Assembly (NCBI GenBank): GCA_963730185.1
Contig: CAVSQW010000006.1
Location: 128,001 to 192,000, forward strand
From: an uncultured Gemmatimonadales bacterium
Lineage (GTDB): Bacteria > Gemmatimonadota > Gemmatimonadetes > Gemmatimonadales > GWC2-71-9
DNA: 64,000 bases
Direction: 5' to 3'
A program made the translations under genes and the position numbers. Each line of letters starts with the position of its first letter. Within the stretch, counting starts at the first letter, position 1. Of the stretch, positions 9,104 through 18,921 are shown piece after piece. The notes beneath the pieces are model-generated. The model was given only the letters and a program-made list of their open reading frames with translations. It was not told the origin of the DNA and did no database searches.

Positions 9104-9853
9104 TCAGGCCGCTTCGAAGGTTTCGAAATCGCGCTCGAGGAAGGCCCTGACCTCTTCGAGCTTCGAGGCCCGGAACTCTTCCGGGGTCCCCTGGAGGATG
9201 ATCCTGCCGTTGGAGAGCAGTGCCAGCCGGTCGGCCACCCGGAAGGCGCCCCGCACGTCGTGCGTCACCATCACGCTGGTCACGCCCAGCTCGTCCGACA
9301 GCCGCCTGACCAGGCCGTCGATGATGTCGGCGTTGACCGGGTCCAGCCCCGACGTGGGCTCGTCGTAGAGAAGGTACTTGGGGGCGCCCGCGATCGCCCG
9401 GGCGATCCCCACCCGCTTCCGCATCCCGCCCGAGAGCTCGGCCGGAAACCGGGCGGCCACGTCGGTCGAGAGATTCACCAGGCGGAGGCACTCCTCGACC
9501 CGAGCCCGCGAGTACTTCAGGTCCTGGTACCGTTTCACGTCGCTCAGGCCCAGCCGGATGTTCTCGAAGACGTTCATCGAGTCGAACAGCGCCCCGTTCT
9601 GGAACACGTAGCCGATCCGGGTCCGGAGCTCGGCCAAGGCGTCGCGCTTGAGGGTGGCGACGTTCAGGCCGTCCACCAGGATGGTCCCCGAGTCGGGATG
9701 GATCAGTCCGTTGATGTGCTTGAGGAGCACGCTCTTGCCGGTGCCCGAGGGACCCATCAGCGCCACCGTCTCGCCGTCCTGGACGGTAAAGTCCACGCCG
9801 TCGAGGACCACGTGCTCCCCGAACCGCTTCTTGAGGCCGTGAAGCTCGATCAT
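9104..9853 (-). CDS. mlaF: ABC ATP-binding protein MlaF/Mkl
   Basis: GPSGTGKS, LSGGMRKRVG, YDEPTSGLDP; start MIELHG overlaps the mlaE stop. Confidence 0.92.
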   Translation of the reverse strand: MIELHGLKKRFGEHVVLDGVDFTVQDGETVALMGPSGTGKSVLLKHINGLIHPDSGTILVDGLNVATLKRDALAELRTRIGYVFQNGALFDSMNVFENIRLGLSDVKRYQDLKYSRARVEECLRLVNLSTDVAARFPAELSGGMRKRVGIARAIAGAPKYLLYDEPTSGLDPVNADIIDGLVRRLSDELGVTSVMVTHDVRGAFRVADRLALLSNGRIILQGTPEEFRASKLEEVRAFLERDFETFEAA

Positions 9854-10638
9854 CGGTTGAGGAGCAGCCGCGCGAGGAGGACGTTGAGCAGCAAGATCAC
9901 CACCGAGCTCGCCACCACGGCCGCCGTGGTGGACCGTCCCACCCCTTCGGCCCCCTGCTTGGTGTTGAAGCCCATGTAACAGGAGATCAACCCGATCGCC
10001 CCGCCGAAGAAGAAGGCCTTGATGACCGAGTACCAGGCGTCGAACGAGCGGTAGTAGTAGCGGGCCCCGAAGGCGAAGTCGGCGTCGGTGACGGGGAGCA
10101 CCTGCTTGACCGCGTACCAGCCCGCCACCACCGCGATCACGTCGGCGATGATGGTCAGCACCGGCACCATGATGAAGCCGGTCAGCACCCGGGGTATGAT
10201 CAGGTGGGAGGCCGGCGAGCGGCCCAGGCTCTCGAGCGCGTCGATCTGCTCGGTAACCCGCATCGTCCCGAGCTCGGCCGCGTAGCGGGCCCCGATCCGG
10301 CCGGCCAGGACCAGACCCACCAGGACCGGTCCGAGCTCCAGCACCACCGTCGAGACGATCAAGGTGCCGAGCACGTAGACCGGCAGACTGGTCTGCCACT
10401 GGTAGCCGGACTGGAAGGCGGTGACCGCCCCGGCAAAGGCCGAGATCAGGAAGACAATCGGCAGGCTGCCGGCCCCGATGCTGGCCGACTCGCTGATGGT
10501 CCGGGGCAGCCAGATCCGCCATTCCCGGAGCCCCCGGACGATCTCGACCGCCAAGAGCGCAAACCGCCCGAGGTGGGCCAATCCACCCAGGAACATTCGA
10601 CCCAGGAAGCGGGGAAAGCCGAGCGGCGAAAAGGCCAT
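9850..10638 (-). CDS. mlaE: MlaE family ABC permease
   Basis: ELGPVL..AGRIGA..AAELGTMRVTEQIDALE, GAEGVGRSTT. Confidence 0.95.
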   Translation of the reverse strand: MAFSPLGFPRFLGRMFLGGLAHLGRFALLAVEIVRGLREWRIWLPRTISESASIGAGSLPIVFLISAFAGAVTAFQSGYQWQTSLPVYVLGTLIVSTVVLELGPVLVGLVLAGRIGARYAAELGTMRVTEQIDALESLGRSPASHLIIPRVLTGFIMVPVLTIIADVIAVVAGWYAVKQVLPVTDADFAFGARYYYRSFDAWYSVIKAFFFGGAIGLISCYMGFNTKQGAEGVGRSTTAAVVASSVVILLLNVLLARLLLNR

Positions 10639-10658
10639 GGCTAGTATCTTGAACCGCC

Positions 10659-11324
10659 ATGCCAACGAAGTCCACCCTGGCACGCTTCCGGCGCCGGGTC
10701 GTGACCTGGTTCCGCCGCCACGGTCGCGACCTCCCCTGGCGCGCCACCCGCGACCCCTATCACGTCCTGGTCAGCGAGTTCATGCTCCAGCAGACCCAGG
10801 TGGCCCGGGTCGAAGGGTTCTACCGCCGGTTCCTCGACCACTATCCCACCATCCAACACCTGGCCGGCGCCGAGGCGCTCCGGGTCCGGGAAGCCTGGGA
10901 AGGACTCGGCTACTACCGCCGAGCCGCCAACCTCCACCGGCTGGCGCGCGAAGTGGTCGAGCGACACGAGGGTACCATCCCCACCGAGGTCGAGCGCCTC
11001 CGGGCCCTCCCCGGCGTGGGGAGGTACACCGCCGGCGCGGTCGCGGCCTTCGCCTTCGAGGCGGCCGAGCCCGCGGTCGACACCAACGTCGGCCGGGTCA
11101 TCCGGCGAGCCTTTCACCCCCGCACCTTCCGGGACGCCAAGGGCGAGCACCGGATCTGGGCCACCGCCCGGGCCCTCCACGGCCGGCGCGGGCCGTCGGC
11201 CTGGGCGCTCAATCAGGGCTTGATGGAGTTGGGAGCCTTGGTCTGCACCGCGCGCGAGGCACGGTGCGATCGCTGTCCCGTGCGGGCGATGTGCGCCACG
11301 GGCCGGCGCCGGACTACCGCATGA
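10659..11324 (+). CDS. mutY: A/G-specific adenine glycosylase (short form)
   Basis: RDLPWR, VSEFMLQQTQV, GLGYYRRA, LPGVGRYTA, VDTNV, CX6CX2CX5C. Confidence 0.92.
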   Translation: MPTKSTLARFRRRVVTWFRRHGRDLPWRATRDPYHVLVSEFMLQQTQVARVEGFYRRFLDHYPTIQHLAGAEALRVREAWEGLGYYRRAANLHRLAREVVERHEGTIPTEVERLRALPGVGRYTAGAVAAFAFEAAEPAVDTNVGRVIRRAFHPRTFRDAKGEHRIWATARALHGRRGPSAWALNQGLMELGALVCTAREARCDRCPVRAMCATGRRRTTA

Positions 11325-11772
11325 GGGCGCCGGCCACCAGAGCCAGCAGCGCGAGGATGCCGGCCACCATGCCCACCCGGGCCGCCTTGGCCCGCTGGGC
11401 GTCGAACTGGAGGGCGTGAGGCCCGGTCGGATCGAGCGAGGCCGCCCGCGACGCCGCCGGGATCCCGAAGATCAGGAGGAGCACCGCGGCCAACAGGCCG
11501 GTCGCCTGCATCAGCATCATCCAATGGGTCACCAGCGCGGTCGACCCCGGCCCGCCGTAGATCATCAGGGTGAGCACCAGCCCCGACGCGACCGTGAGCA
11601 ACGACCCGGGCATCATCACCACCCGGTAGACCAGCGCCAGCTGCCGGGCCACCACCCCGAGATTCTCGCGGGGCTCGCGACGGGAGTAGATCCCCATCAC
11701 CATCGCGGCCAGGCCGCCGCCCAGCCACAGGACCATGCCCAACAGGTGGGCGAACAGCCAGAGATGTCTCAC
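11314..11772 (-). CDS. Four-TM membrane protein (DUF2269/CopD-like)
   Basis: FAHLLGMVLWLGG start, four hydrophobic helices, coupled to the upstream gene. Confidence 0.7.
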   Translation of the reverse strand: MRHLWLFAHLLGMVLWLGGGLAAMVMGIYSRREPRENLGVVARQLALVYRVVMMPGSLLTVASGLVLTLMIYGGPGSTALVTHWMMLMQATGLLAAVLLLIFGIPAASRAASLDPTGPHALQFDAQRAKAARVGMVAGILALLALVAGALMR

Positions 11773-12185
11773 GGAACGATGGCGCCGAAGTGAGCGGCGT
11801 CGATGGGCTGCCGACCGGCAAAGCCTCCGTCGACCTCATGCCAGTGAGTGATGTGGGCCTCGCCCAGCTTCCAGCACAGAAACACCAGGCGATCCTCCCG
11901 CAGAGCGTAGAAGTCCACCAGCCCCTCCTCGAACCCCTTGAACAAGCAACCGATCGACTCGATCTCGGTCAGATAGCTGCTGATCCGGGTGGCGGCATCG
12001 GACACCACCGTCCGCGACTCGACCAGCTCGGGCGTCTCCCCTTCGTCGGCCCGGCTCGCGGCCGCGAGGAGCTCGTAGCGCGACAGGGCCTCGCGCCAGA
12101 CTCCGTACTCGACCTGAAGGTCGGCGAGGATCCCCCGGAGCAGCGGCAGGGTACGCTCCGCCTCGTCCAGGGTGAAGATCCGCAT
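11769..12185 (-). CDS. DUF2203 family protein
   Basis: FTLDEAERTLP, GLVDF, LCWKLGE, WHEVDGGFAGRQP. Confidence 0.88.
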   Translation of the reverse strand: MRIFTLDEAERTLPLLRGILADLQVEYGVWREALSRYELLAAASRADEGETPELVESRTVVSDAATRISSYLTEIESIGCLFKGFEEGLVDFYALREDRLVFLCWKLGEAHITHWHEVDGGFAGRQPIDAAHFGAIVP

Positions 12186-12327
12186 CTGGGTCACGACCTG
12201 CTCCTTCCCGCCGTCCGGGCCCCGCGCCACCCCGGCGCGGAGGGCCGACGACAGCTTGGATGCCCCCAATCATCTCGGAGGAGCCACCCCCGGTCAAGCG
12301 GGATCGGGAACTCGACCGCCTGACCCG

Positions 12328-13149
12328 TTAGGATCCCAGCGCGCGACGGGCCGCGACCCGACCCGCGTCCAGGTACTCGTCGAGGTGGTCGATCGCGAAC
12401 GTCTCGCCTCGATGCACCTCGGGACGGACGTAGAGAAGCCGGGGCAGGCCCGGCGTGGCCCGCCAGAGCTCGAGCCCGAGCTTGGTGACGCTGGCCATCA
12501 GCACGAACTGTGAATCGTTGTGCGCCCGGATCAGGGCCGGCGGATCCCGGCCATCCCGATCCGGACCAGAGTCGAAACCCGGTCCGACGTCGATCCCGAC
12601 CACCAGATCGGCCTCGAACCGTCGAGCCACCTCCAGCGCCAGCACCCCGCGCAGTCCGCCGTCGGCCAGCCGCCGGCCTCCGATCTCCGCCGGCGGGTAG
12701 AGCAGCGGGAGCGCGCTCGACGCGTAGAGGGCGTCCCCCAGCGGCGCGTCGACCCCGCCCGCCCCGAACACCACCAGTTCGGCCGTGTCGAGGTCGGCGG
12801 CCGTCACCGACAGGGGCAGCTTGAGCTGGTCGAACCGGGTCACCGGCAACAGCTCGCCCAGCGTCTGGCGGAGGCGCGGGCCGCGAAGCAACGCCTGCGC
12901 GAACACGCCCTTGAGAAACGCCGTCCGGTCCAGGGCGGCGACGTCGCCCCGCTTGACCCGGCGAAGCTGCGCCAGCACCGCGGCAATCGAGAGCCCGGCC
13001 GCCAGACCCGCCGCGATCACCGCCCCCATCGAGGTCCCGACGAACCGGGTCGGCACGATGCCCTGCTGGGCCAGCACTTCCAGCGCCCCGAGGTGCGCCG
13101 CCGCCTTGGCGCCGCCACCGGACAAGACCACCGTAACCCGCTTGCTCAT
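12328..13149 (-). CDS. Patatin-like phospholipase
   Basis: LSGGGAK, GTSMG, DGG motifs. Confidence 0.92.
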   Translation of the reverse strand: MSKRVTVVLSGGGAKAAAHLGALEVLAQQGIVPTRFVGTSMGAVIAAGLAAGLSIAAVLAQLRRVKRGDVAALDRTAFLKGVFAQALLRGPRLRQTLGELLPVTRFDQLKLPLSVTAADLDTAELVVFGAGGVDAPLGDALYASSALPLLYPPAEIGGRRLADGGLRGVLALEVARRFEADLVVGIDVGPGFDSGPDRDGRDPPALIRAHNDSQFVLMASVTKLGLELWRATPGLPRLLYVRPEVHRGETFAIDHLDEYLDAGRVAARRALGS

Positions 13150-13610
13150 CGGGTCCGCCGGGCTTGGTAGCGCCCCCGGGCGACCTCGAACCGGGCCCGC
13201 TCCTCCTCGGTCTCCGGCACCAGCCGAGGCACCCGTCGCGGGTGACGCTCCCGGTCGATCGCCACGAACACCACGTGGGCCGTATGGGTGACCTGCCGCT
13301 CGCCCGTCGTGATCCGCTCCGCCATCACGTCGACGGTGATGTCCATCGACGAGTTCCCCACGAAGTCCACCGTGGCCGAACAGGTCACCAGCGCCCCGAC
13401 CGGAATCGGGTGGTGGAAGTCCAGCCGGTCGATCGACTTGGTGACGGCCGGGCCGCCCGCGTGCCGGATGGCCGCGACCGCCGCGGCCTGGTCGACCAGC
13501 GCCATCAGATCGCCGCCGAAGAGATCGCCGAGCAGGTTCTGCATGTGCGGCATCACGAAGGTCGTGATTTGCCCGCGAGAGTACGACATCGGACGGGATT
13601 CGGGAATCAT
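13146..13610 (-). CDS. Acyl-CoA thioesterase (hotdog, YciA-like)
   Basis: N..GDLFGGDLMALVD, VTKSID..DFHHPIPVG, GNSSM. Confidence 0.88.
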   Translation of the reverse strand: MIPESRPMSYSRGQITTFVMPHMQNLLGDLFGGDLMALVDQAAAVAAIRHAGGPAVTKSIDRLDFHHPIPVGALVTCSATVDFVGNSSMDITVDVMAERITTGERQVTHTAHVVFVAIDRERHPRRVPRLVPETEEERARFEVARGRYQARRTR

Positions 13611-13645
13611 GCGCGTGGCTGACGGGAAGACGGCCGGGCCGCCCT

Positions 13646-15439
13646 CTAGTAATCGACCGGCCGAAGATAGAACTCGCCGATCGCCGTCGGCGAGAGCATC
13701 GCGACCGTGGGCAGGCGCCGCTTCCAATGGGTGCTGTTCAGTCGCCGGCGGACCAGGTCGATCTCGGGCTGGGCAAAGCCCTGGGCGACCAGCCGCTCGT
13801 CGTCGTACCCCAGCAGAACCCCGTTGAGGATCTGATCGGCCCGGGCGTAGCTGATCCCGAAATCTCCCTCGTCCGTCTGGCCCGCGACCAGATCGGCCGA
13901 GGGCGCCTTCTCGACGATCGCCTCCGGCACGCCCAGAAACCGGGCCAGGGCCCAGACCTGGGTCTTGAAGAGGTCGCCGATCGGATTGACCGGCGGCGAA
14001 TCGTCGGCATGCCAGGTGAAGTAGCCGAAGAGCCGCTCGGTCTTGTTGCCGGTGCCGAGCGGGATCGCGGCCAAGGAGGCCGAGAGGTCGAACAGGGTGA
14101 TCATCCGCATCCGGGCCATGACGTTGCCCAGCCGCGCCGGCGTGGTCGGGGGACCGATCGCCGCGGCCAGCCCGTCCACCCCGGCCGAGATGTCGATCGT
14201 GCGGGAGGCGACGCCCAGGGCGTCGATCACCAGCTGGGCGTGGCTCAGACTGGTGGGGCTCGAGGTCCGATAGGGCATCCGGACCGCCGTTACCTGCTCC
14301 GGGCCGAACGCCGCGGCGGCCAGGAAGGCCACCACCGCGCTGTCCACCCCGCCCGACACGCCCACCACCACGCGCTCGAAGCCCCGGCGTCGGGTGACCT
14401 CGTCGCGCAGGAACTCCACCAGCCAGCGCCGGGTCAGGGCCGGATCGATGGCCAGCGGGTCACGGCCGTTCTCGGCCGACGCGGCCCTGGGCCGGCGCCG
14501 AGGCGTCGGGGTGCCGGCCTGCGGCAGAGCACGGTCTGCGGGACCCGGCAACCGCCCCGTTTCCCGTCGAACGTTGAGGCCGTCGAGCAAGTGCGGCAGA
14601 TGGGTCTCGAGATCGGACAGCAGGGGCTCCTCGGCCCGGGCCCGGGTGATTTCCTCGAGATCGAGGTCGGTGGCGAGCAGCGCGTCCTCGAAGATCGGCG
14701 CCCGGAGGAGCACCTGCCCCCGCGGGTCGACGACCAGCGAACCGCCGGGGAAGGCCTTGCCCCCCTCGAAGCCGACCAGGTGCGCCACCGCCACGAAGAT
14801 CCCGTGCTCGGCCGCGATCTGCTGGGCCGTCCGCTCCCACCGGACCGAGCTGGCCGGCCGGCCGTCGGCTTCGGCGCCCGGCTCGATCCCGCGAGCCGGA
14901 CTGGCGCTCAGGATCAGGAGTAGCTCCGCCCCGTCGAGAGCAGCCATCGTCGGGACGATCGAATGCCAGGCATCCTCGCACACGATCGCCGCCGCCCGCC
15001 CCCACGCCGTGTCGAACGCTTGGACCCACCGCCCGGGCTCGACGAACCGCTCCTCGTCGAACACCCCATAGGTCGGGAGGAAGATCTTCCGGTGCACATG
15101 GCGGATCCCGGGAGACGCCCCGCCCAAGGACGACACCAGGGCCGAGTTGTAGAGCCGGGTGTTCCAGACCTCGTAGAACCCGATCGCCACCTCGACCGGC
15201 GGCGCCCCGCTGGCCGCGTGCAGCTCGGCCAGCGACGCGTGGAGCGATTCGGCCGTGACCGCCAGCTCCCGCACGCCGCCTTCGACGAAATACCCGGACA
15301 AGGCCGTCTCCGGAAACACCAGAAGGTCGAGCGGGTCCGGCCGACCGGCCAGCCCGGCGAAGATCTCCCCGACCCGGGCGAGGTTGTCGCGGTAGGCCGC
15401 CTTGCGGGGCCGGAATTGGGCGAGGCCAAGACGGACCAT
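13646..15439 (-). CDS. nadE: Glutamine-dependent NAD+ synthetase
   Basis: Nitrilase domain (FPE, RKIFLPTYGVFDE, CEDAW) fused to SGGVDS, GNKTE, KAPSADL. Confidence 0.95.
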   Translation of the reverse strand: MVRLGLAQFRPRKAAYRDNLARVGEIFAGLAGRPDPLDLLVFPETALSGYFVEGGVRELAVTAESLHASLAELHAASGAPPVEVAIGFYEVWNTRLYNSALVSSLGGASPGIRHVHRKIFLPTYGVFDEERFVEPGRWVQAFDTAWGRAAAIVCEDAWHSIVPTMAALDGAELLLILSASPARGIEPGAEADGRPASSVRWERTAQQIAAEHGIFVAVAHLVGFEGGKAFPGGSLVVDPRGQVLLRAPIFEDALLATDLDLEEITRARAEEPLLSDLETHLPHLLDGLNVRRETGRLPGPADRALPQAGTPTPRRRPRAASAENGRDPLAIDPALTRRWLVEFLRDEVTRRRGFERVVVGVSGGVDSAVVAFLAAAAFGPEQVTAVRMPYRTSSPTSLSHAQLVIDALGVASRTIDISAGVDGLAAAIGPPTTPARLGNVMARMRMITLFDLSASLAAIPLGTGNKTERLFGYFTWHADDSPPVNPIGDLFKTQVWALARFLGVPEAIVEKAPSADLVAGQTDEGDFGISYARADQILNGVLLGYDDERLVAQGFAQPEIDLVRRRLNSTHWKRRLPTVAMLSPTAIGEFYLRPVDY

Positions 15440-15516
15440 AGGTCGGGAAACTTAGGTCCGGTCGGCCTCTTTCGTCATGGCGGGCCGCCATCTAGCATTG
15501 GGGCGACCGAACCTGG

Positions 15517-15990
15517 ATGCTCGTGATGGCCACCCCCCTCGAGGCCCTCCGCGGCGTGCCCAACGCGTCGGAGCCGATTCCCCGGCTCCTGACCGGAGGG
15601 CAGCCCCTCCCCCACCACTTCGAAGCCCTCAAGGCGGCCGGCCTCGGGGCCGTGCTCGACATCCGCGACCCGATGGAGCCCCGGCCGTTCGACGAGCCCG
15701 CCGTCGTCGAGGCCGCCGGCCTCGAGTACGTCAACATCCCGGTAACCGGTCATCTCTCGGACGACCTGATGGTGGAGCTGCTCGGCGTGGTCAGGGACCG
15801 ATCGGATGGCGGCCTGCTCTTCCATTGCGCCAGCGGCAACCGGGTCGCCGGGCCGATGATCGCCTACCTGATCCTCGACCACGGGCTGACCGAGGACGAC
15901 GCGATCACGGCTGGGATGCGGATGGGGCTCCGGGGCGCCGACATTCTGCAGTGGGGACTCGATTACGCCAGGCGCCACCCCGGCCGCTGA
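15517..15990 (+). CDS. PTP-like / sulfurtransferase (DUF442-type) protein
   Basis: LTGGQP, GLEYVNIPV, FHCASGNRV (CX5R). Confidence 0.82.
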   Translation: MLVMATPLEALRGVPNASEPIPRLLTGGQPLPHHFEALKAAGLGAVLDIRDPMEPRPFDEPAVVEAAGLEYVNIPVTGHLSDDLMVELLGVVRDRSDGGLLFHCASGNRVAGPMIAYLILDHGLTEDDAITAGMRMGLRGADILQWGLDYARRHPGR

Positions 15991-16095
15991 CCCACCAAAA
16001 GCAATCGGCGGGGGTGCCCGGCAACCTGCGCCGAACACCGCCCGCCGAGCTTCGAGCCGCCGACGGGGGGAGCGCCGGCGTCCGAACAGTTCACC

Positions 16096-17757
16096 TCAAG
16101 GCCGGCCGGGACGTCCCCGCGGCCGCGAGCCGCCCGACGGCCGGGACCGGGACGGGGAGCTGCTCCGGGTCGGCCGGCTCACCCGCGGCGGACTCGACCG
16201 GGGCGCGCTCACCCGAGGGGGCGGGCTGGATCGAGGCGGTGCGCTGGCTCTCGCGGGCCGGCTCGACCGGGGCGCGCTCGCTCGGGGAGACGGCCGGGCC
16301 GGGGGCGAGTAGTTCCGGGGCGCCGAATAGCTCCGAGGCGCCGAGTAGCTCCGAGGCGAGTCGCTGCCGCCGCTGCGCCGAGCCTGGGGCTCGGCCCGCG
16401 GGGCCGACGAGTTGGGCTCCGCCCGACGAGCGCGGTCCTGGAACTGATAGATCCGGACGTCCGGCCGGCTGGAAGCCGATGGGCGGCTGTCCGGCCGATC
16501 CGGACCCCGGGCCCGGTCGACCGCGACGGGGCGCCCGCGCTCGGGCTGATAGCGGTCGACACTGGGTGTCTGGAGATCGGGCCGGTTGGGGCGCGCCGGG
16601 CGTGCCCGGGGCCGATCCGTCTGCACCGGCCCACGAGAGCCGCTATTGGGGCGATCGCGCTCGACGTTGGGCCGCGGGCTGCTGGGCTCCGACGGCCGCG
16701 ACGGCCGCGACGGCCTGGCCCGGCCACTCGAGGGCGCGGGCCGGCTCCCACCCGACGGACGGGCGCTGGGACGGGCCCCACCGGACGAGGGACGCGACCG
16801 GCCATTCGCCGATGGCCGCGCCCGCCCGCCGTTGATCGGCGTCCGGTGATCGATCCCGTTGGGAAGGTTGCCACTGAACGACCCACCCCCCGGACGAGAT
16901 ACCGCCCCGCCGTAGGTGCGATGCCCGATGGTGTAGCCCCGAGGCCGCCCGAGAACGACCGGCAGCCGGCGGTTGCCCGTGTAGATCCCGCCACCCGGGT
17001 AGTACCACCCGCCGCCGGGGTAGTAGCCGCCGCCGTAGCGATAGGGGGAGTACCACGAGTTGTAGCCATAGTACCAGCCGCCCGCCGGCCAGTAGCGACA
17101 GCCGAACAGACTGGGGCGAGTCCACCAGCCGCAGTTGAAGTCGTCGTAGTAGCTGGGATACCAGGTGTACGCGGTCTGGTAGCCGCTATAGCCGTAGACG
17201 CGATAGCTCAGCAGGTCGTAGTCGAACCCGCGATCGCTCGAAATCCCCTGCAACAGATCCGAGATCGCGACCTCGGGATCGGCTGCATCGCGGTCGATCA
17301 CGAACTGGCCGTAGTCCCAGTTGCCGCTGCCGGACTCGAACTCGCGGAATCGGAACGGATCCGCCGATACGGCCGCGAAGACCGTTCCTTCCCCGTCCCG
17401 CTCGGCGACGAACGACACCCGGTCTCCCCGACCGCGGATCTCGTAGCGATGCCCGCCCCGGACGAAGTTGTCGTCGCCCGGACCGATCGGGAACAGCACT
17501 CGGAGCCGGCCAGAAGTATCGTAGTTGAGCACAACGAGATAGCCATCGTCCCGGGCCTCCACCTGCACCCGGGCCTGCTCGCCCTCGCGGAACTGTCGGT
17601 TGTTGTTGATCCAGAGTTGGACCGCGGGTGCGTCGCTCGCGATCGCCACCGGCTCCCCGACCAGACCGCTGTCGGCACCGAGCGAAAGCACGGACATCAA
17701 AGCGAGCGCCAACATAGGCAACCTCCTGGAGGGGATCCGATTTCCCTCTTGGTTCAC
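16096..17757 (-). CDS. DUF4384-domain exported protein with Tyr/Gly-rich and Pro/Arg/Ser-rich tail
   Basis: Signal-like N-terminus, DGYLVVLNYDTSGRLRVLFPIGPGDDNFVRGG, low-complexity C-terminus. Confidence 0.72.
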   Translation of the reverse strand: MNQEGNRIPSRRLPMLALALMSVLSLGADSGLVGEPVAIASDAPAVQLWINNNRQFREGEQARVQVEARDDGYLVVLNYDTSGRLRVLFPIGPGDDNFVRGGHRYEIRGRGDRVSFVAERDGEGTVFAAVSADPFRFREFESGSGNWDYGQFVIDRDAADPEVAISDLLQGISSDRGFDYDLLSYRVYGYSGYQTAYTWYPSYYDDFNCGWWTRPSLFGCRYWPAGGWYYGYNSWYSPYRYGGGYYPGGGWYYPGGGIYTGNRRLPVVLGRPRGYTIGHRTYGGAVSRPGGGSFSGNLPNGIDHRTPINGGRARPSANGRSRPSSGGARPSARPSGGSRPAPSSGRARPSRPSRPSEPSSPRPNVERDRPNSGSRGPVQTDRPRARPARPNRPDLQTPSVDRYQPERGRPVAVDRARGPDRPDSRPSASSRPDVRIYQFQDRARRAEPNSSAPRAEPQARRSGGSDSPRSYSAPRSYSAPRNYSPPARPSPRASAPRSSRPARASAPPRSSPPPRVSAPRSSPPRVSRPTRSSSPSRSRPSGGSRPRGRPGRP

Positions 17758-17802
17758 CGTCCGGTGACTGGGAGACCGCGAAGGCGAATCGCCCCCTAGG
17801 AT

Positions 17803-17901
17803 TACGAGATTCGTGCCAGTCGGCAGGACGCGCCTAAGTCATTGTAACACAATAACTTGCAAAACGCAAATTGGCGCCGTGGTGTCCTGAATGGAGGACA
17901 C
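17803..17901 (-). promoter_or_regulatory. Possible sigma54-type promoter with upstream palindromes
   Basis: TGGCACGAATCTCG (17818-17805; -24 good, -12 deviant), AT-rich palindrome 17836-17858, GTGTCCT-N6-AGGACAC 17882-17901. Confidence 0.42.
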
Positions 17902-17938
17902 TGGTCCTCTGAGAGGACACCACCGGAGCCAGCGGTGC

Positions 17939-18331
17939 TCAGGGCCGGCGGTGCCAGTACATCCGCATCTCGGTGATCTTGGCGCCGTCGGACTCGCAGA
18001 AGAGCGCGCCCCGGGCCTCGATCCATTCCCCGGTTCGGCGGCGCCGGAACACGGCCCGGAACTCGGTCGAGAACCAGGGGCCGGCCACGAAGATCTCGCC
18101 GGTCGTGACGGTGATCTCCGATTGGTTGTAGGGGATGTCGATCCAGTAGGCCCGGATGGCGTCCCACCCGGTTCGGGGATCGGCGAAGGGAGTCTCGATG
18201 AAGACGGCCTGCTCGGAGAACACCTCGAGGATCCGCTTCACGTCCGCCTTGGACCACCCGGCAGCGAAGGCATCGACCAGCTCGCGGCCGAGGGCGCGCG
18301 TATCGCTGGTGGTTGGAGCTGGTTCGGTCAT
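17939..18331 (-). CDS. SnoaL/NTF2-like protein
   Basis: 130 aa, F..GW...D, TGWDAIRAYW, ITEMRMYW. Confidence 0.82.
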   Translation of the reverse strand: MTEPAPTTSDTRALGRELVDAFAAGWSKADVKRILEVFSEQAVFIETPFADPRTGWDAIRAYWIDIPYNQSEITVTTGEIFVAGPWFSTEFRAVFRRRRTGEWIEARGALFCESDGAKITEMRMYWHRRP

Positions 18332-18381
18332 GGGTGCAAATTAGCGTACCGGAACCGCTCACGCCCAGCCTCGGACCCGCC

Positions 18382-18921
18382 GTGCCAGACCGCACCAGCC
18401 TCCTCAGGGACCTCCGTTCGTCGGCCGACGCCTTCCTGGGATCGTTCGCCGCCCTGTCGTCCGAGCAGCTCGCCTTCCACCCGGGAACGGGACGATGGTC
18501 CGTGGCCGAGACGGTGGAGCACGTGACCCTGGCCGAAGTCGGGTCGGGCAAGCTGCTCCGGGGTCGGCTGGTCCGGGAGCCGGCACCGGAGGAGCTGCTG
18601 GCCGGAACGGTCGGCGCCGACGAGCGGATCGCCCGACGGCTCGGCGATCGGACCCGGCCGATCGCGGCGCCCGATTTCGTGTCGCCGAGCGGCACCTGGC
18701 CGGACGCCGGGGCGGCCGGGGCGGCGTTTCTCGAGAGCCGGGACGCGACCATCGACTTCCTGACCGCCACCGAGCTCGACTTGACCCGTTACGCCGCCCC
18801 GCATCCGGTGCTCGGCCCCCTGACCGGGCTCCAGTGGGCTCATTTTCTGGTCCGGCATTGCCTCCGTCACCGGGAGCAGATCGTCGAGATCACCCGGGCC
18901 CCCGGTTACCCCGCCGCCTAA
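18382..18921 (+). CDS. DinB family protein
   Basis: GRWSVAETVEH, HPVLGPL, HCLRHREQI. Confidence 0.88.
   Translation: MPDRTSLLRDLRSSADAFLGSFAALSSEQLAFHPGTGRWSVAETVEHVTLAEVGSGKLLRGRLVREPAPEELLAGTVGADERIARRLGDRTRPIAAPDFVSPSGTWPDAGAAGAAFLESRDATIDFLTATELDLTRYAAPHPVLGPLTGLQWAHFLVRHCLRHREQIVEITRAPGYPAA

Noticed and set aside
9104..10747. 547-aa ATPase with long N-terminal extension
   Set aside because: The extension overlaps mlaE out of frame; the real start is 9853
16308..16360. Non-coding repeat array
   Set aside because: In-frame 18-bp repeats encoding SAPRSY inside a CDS
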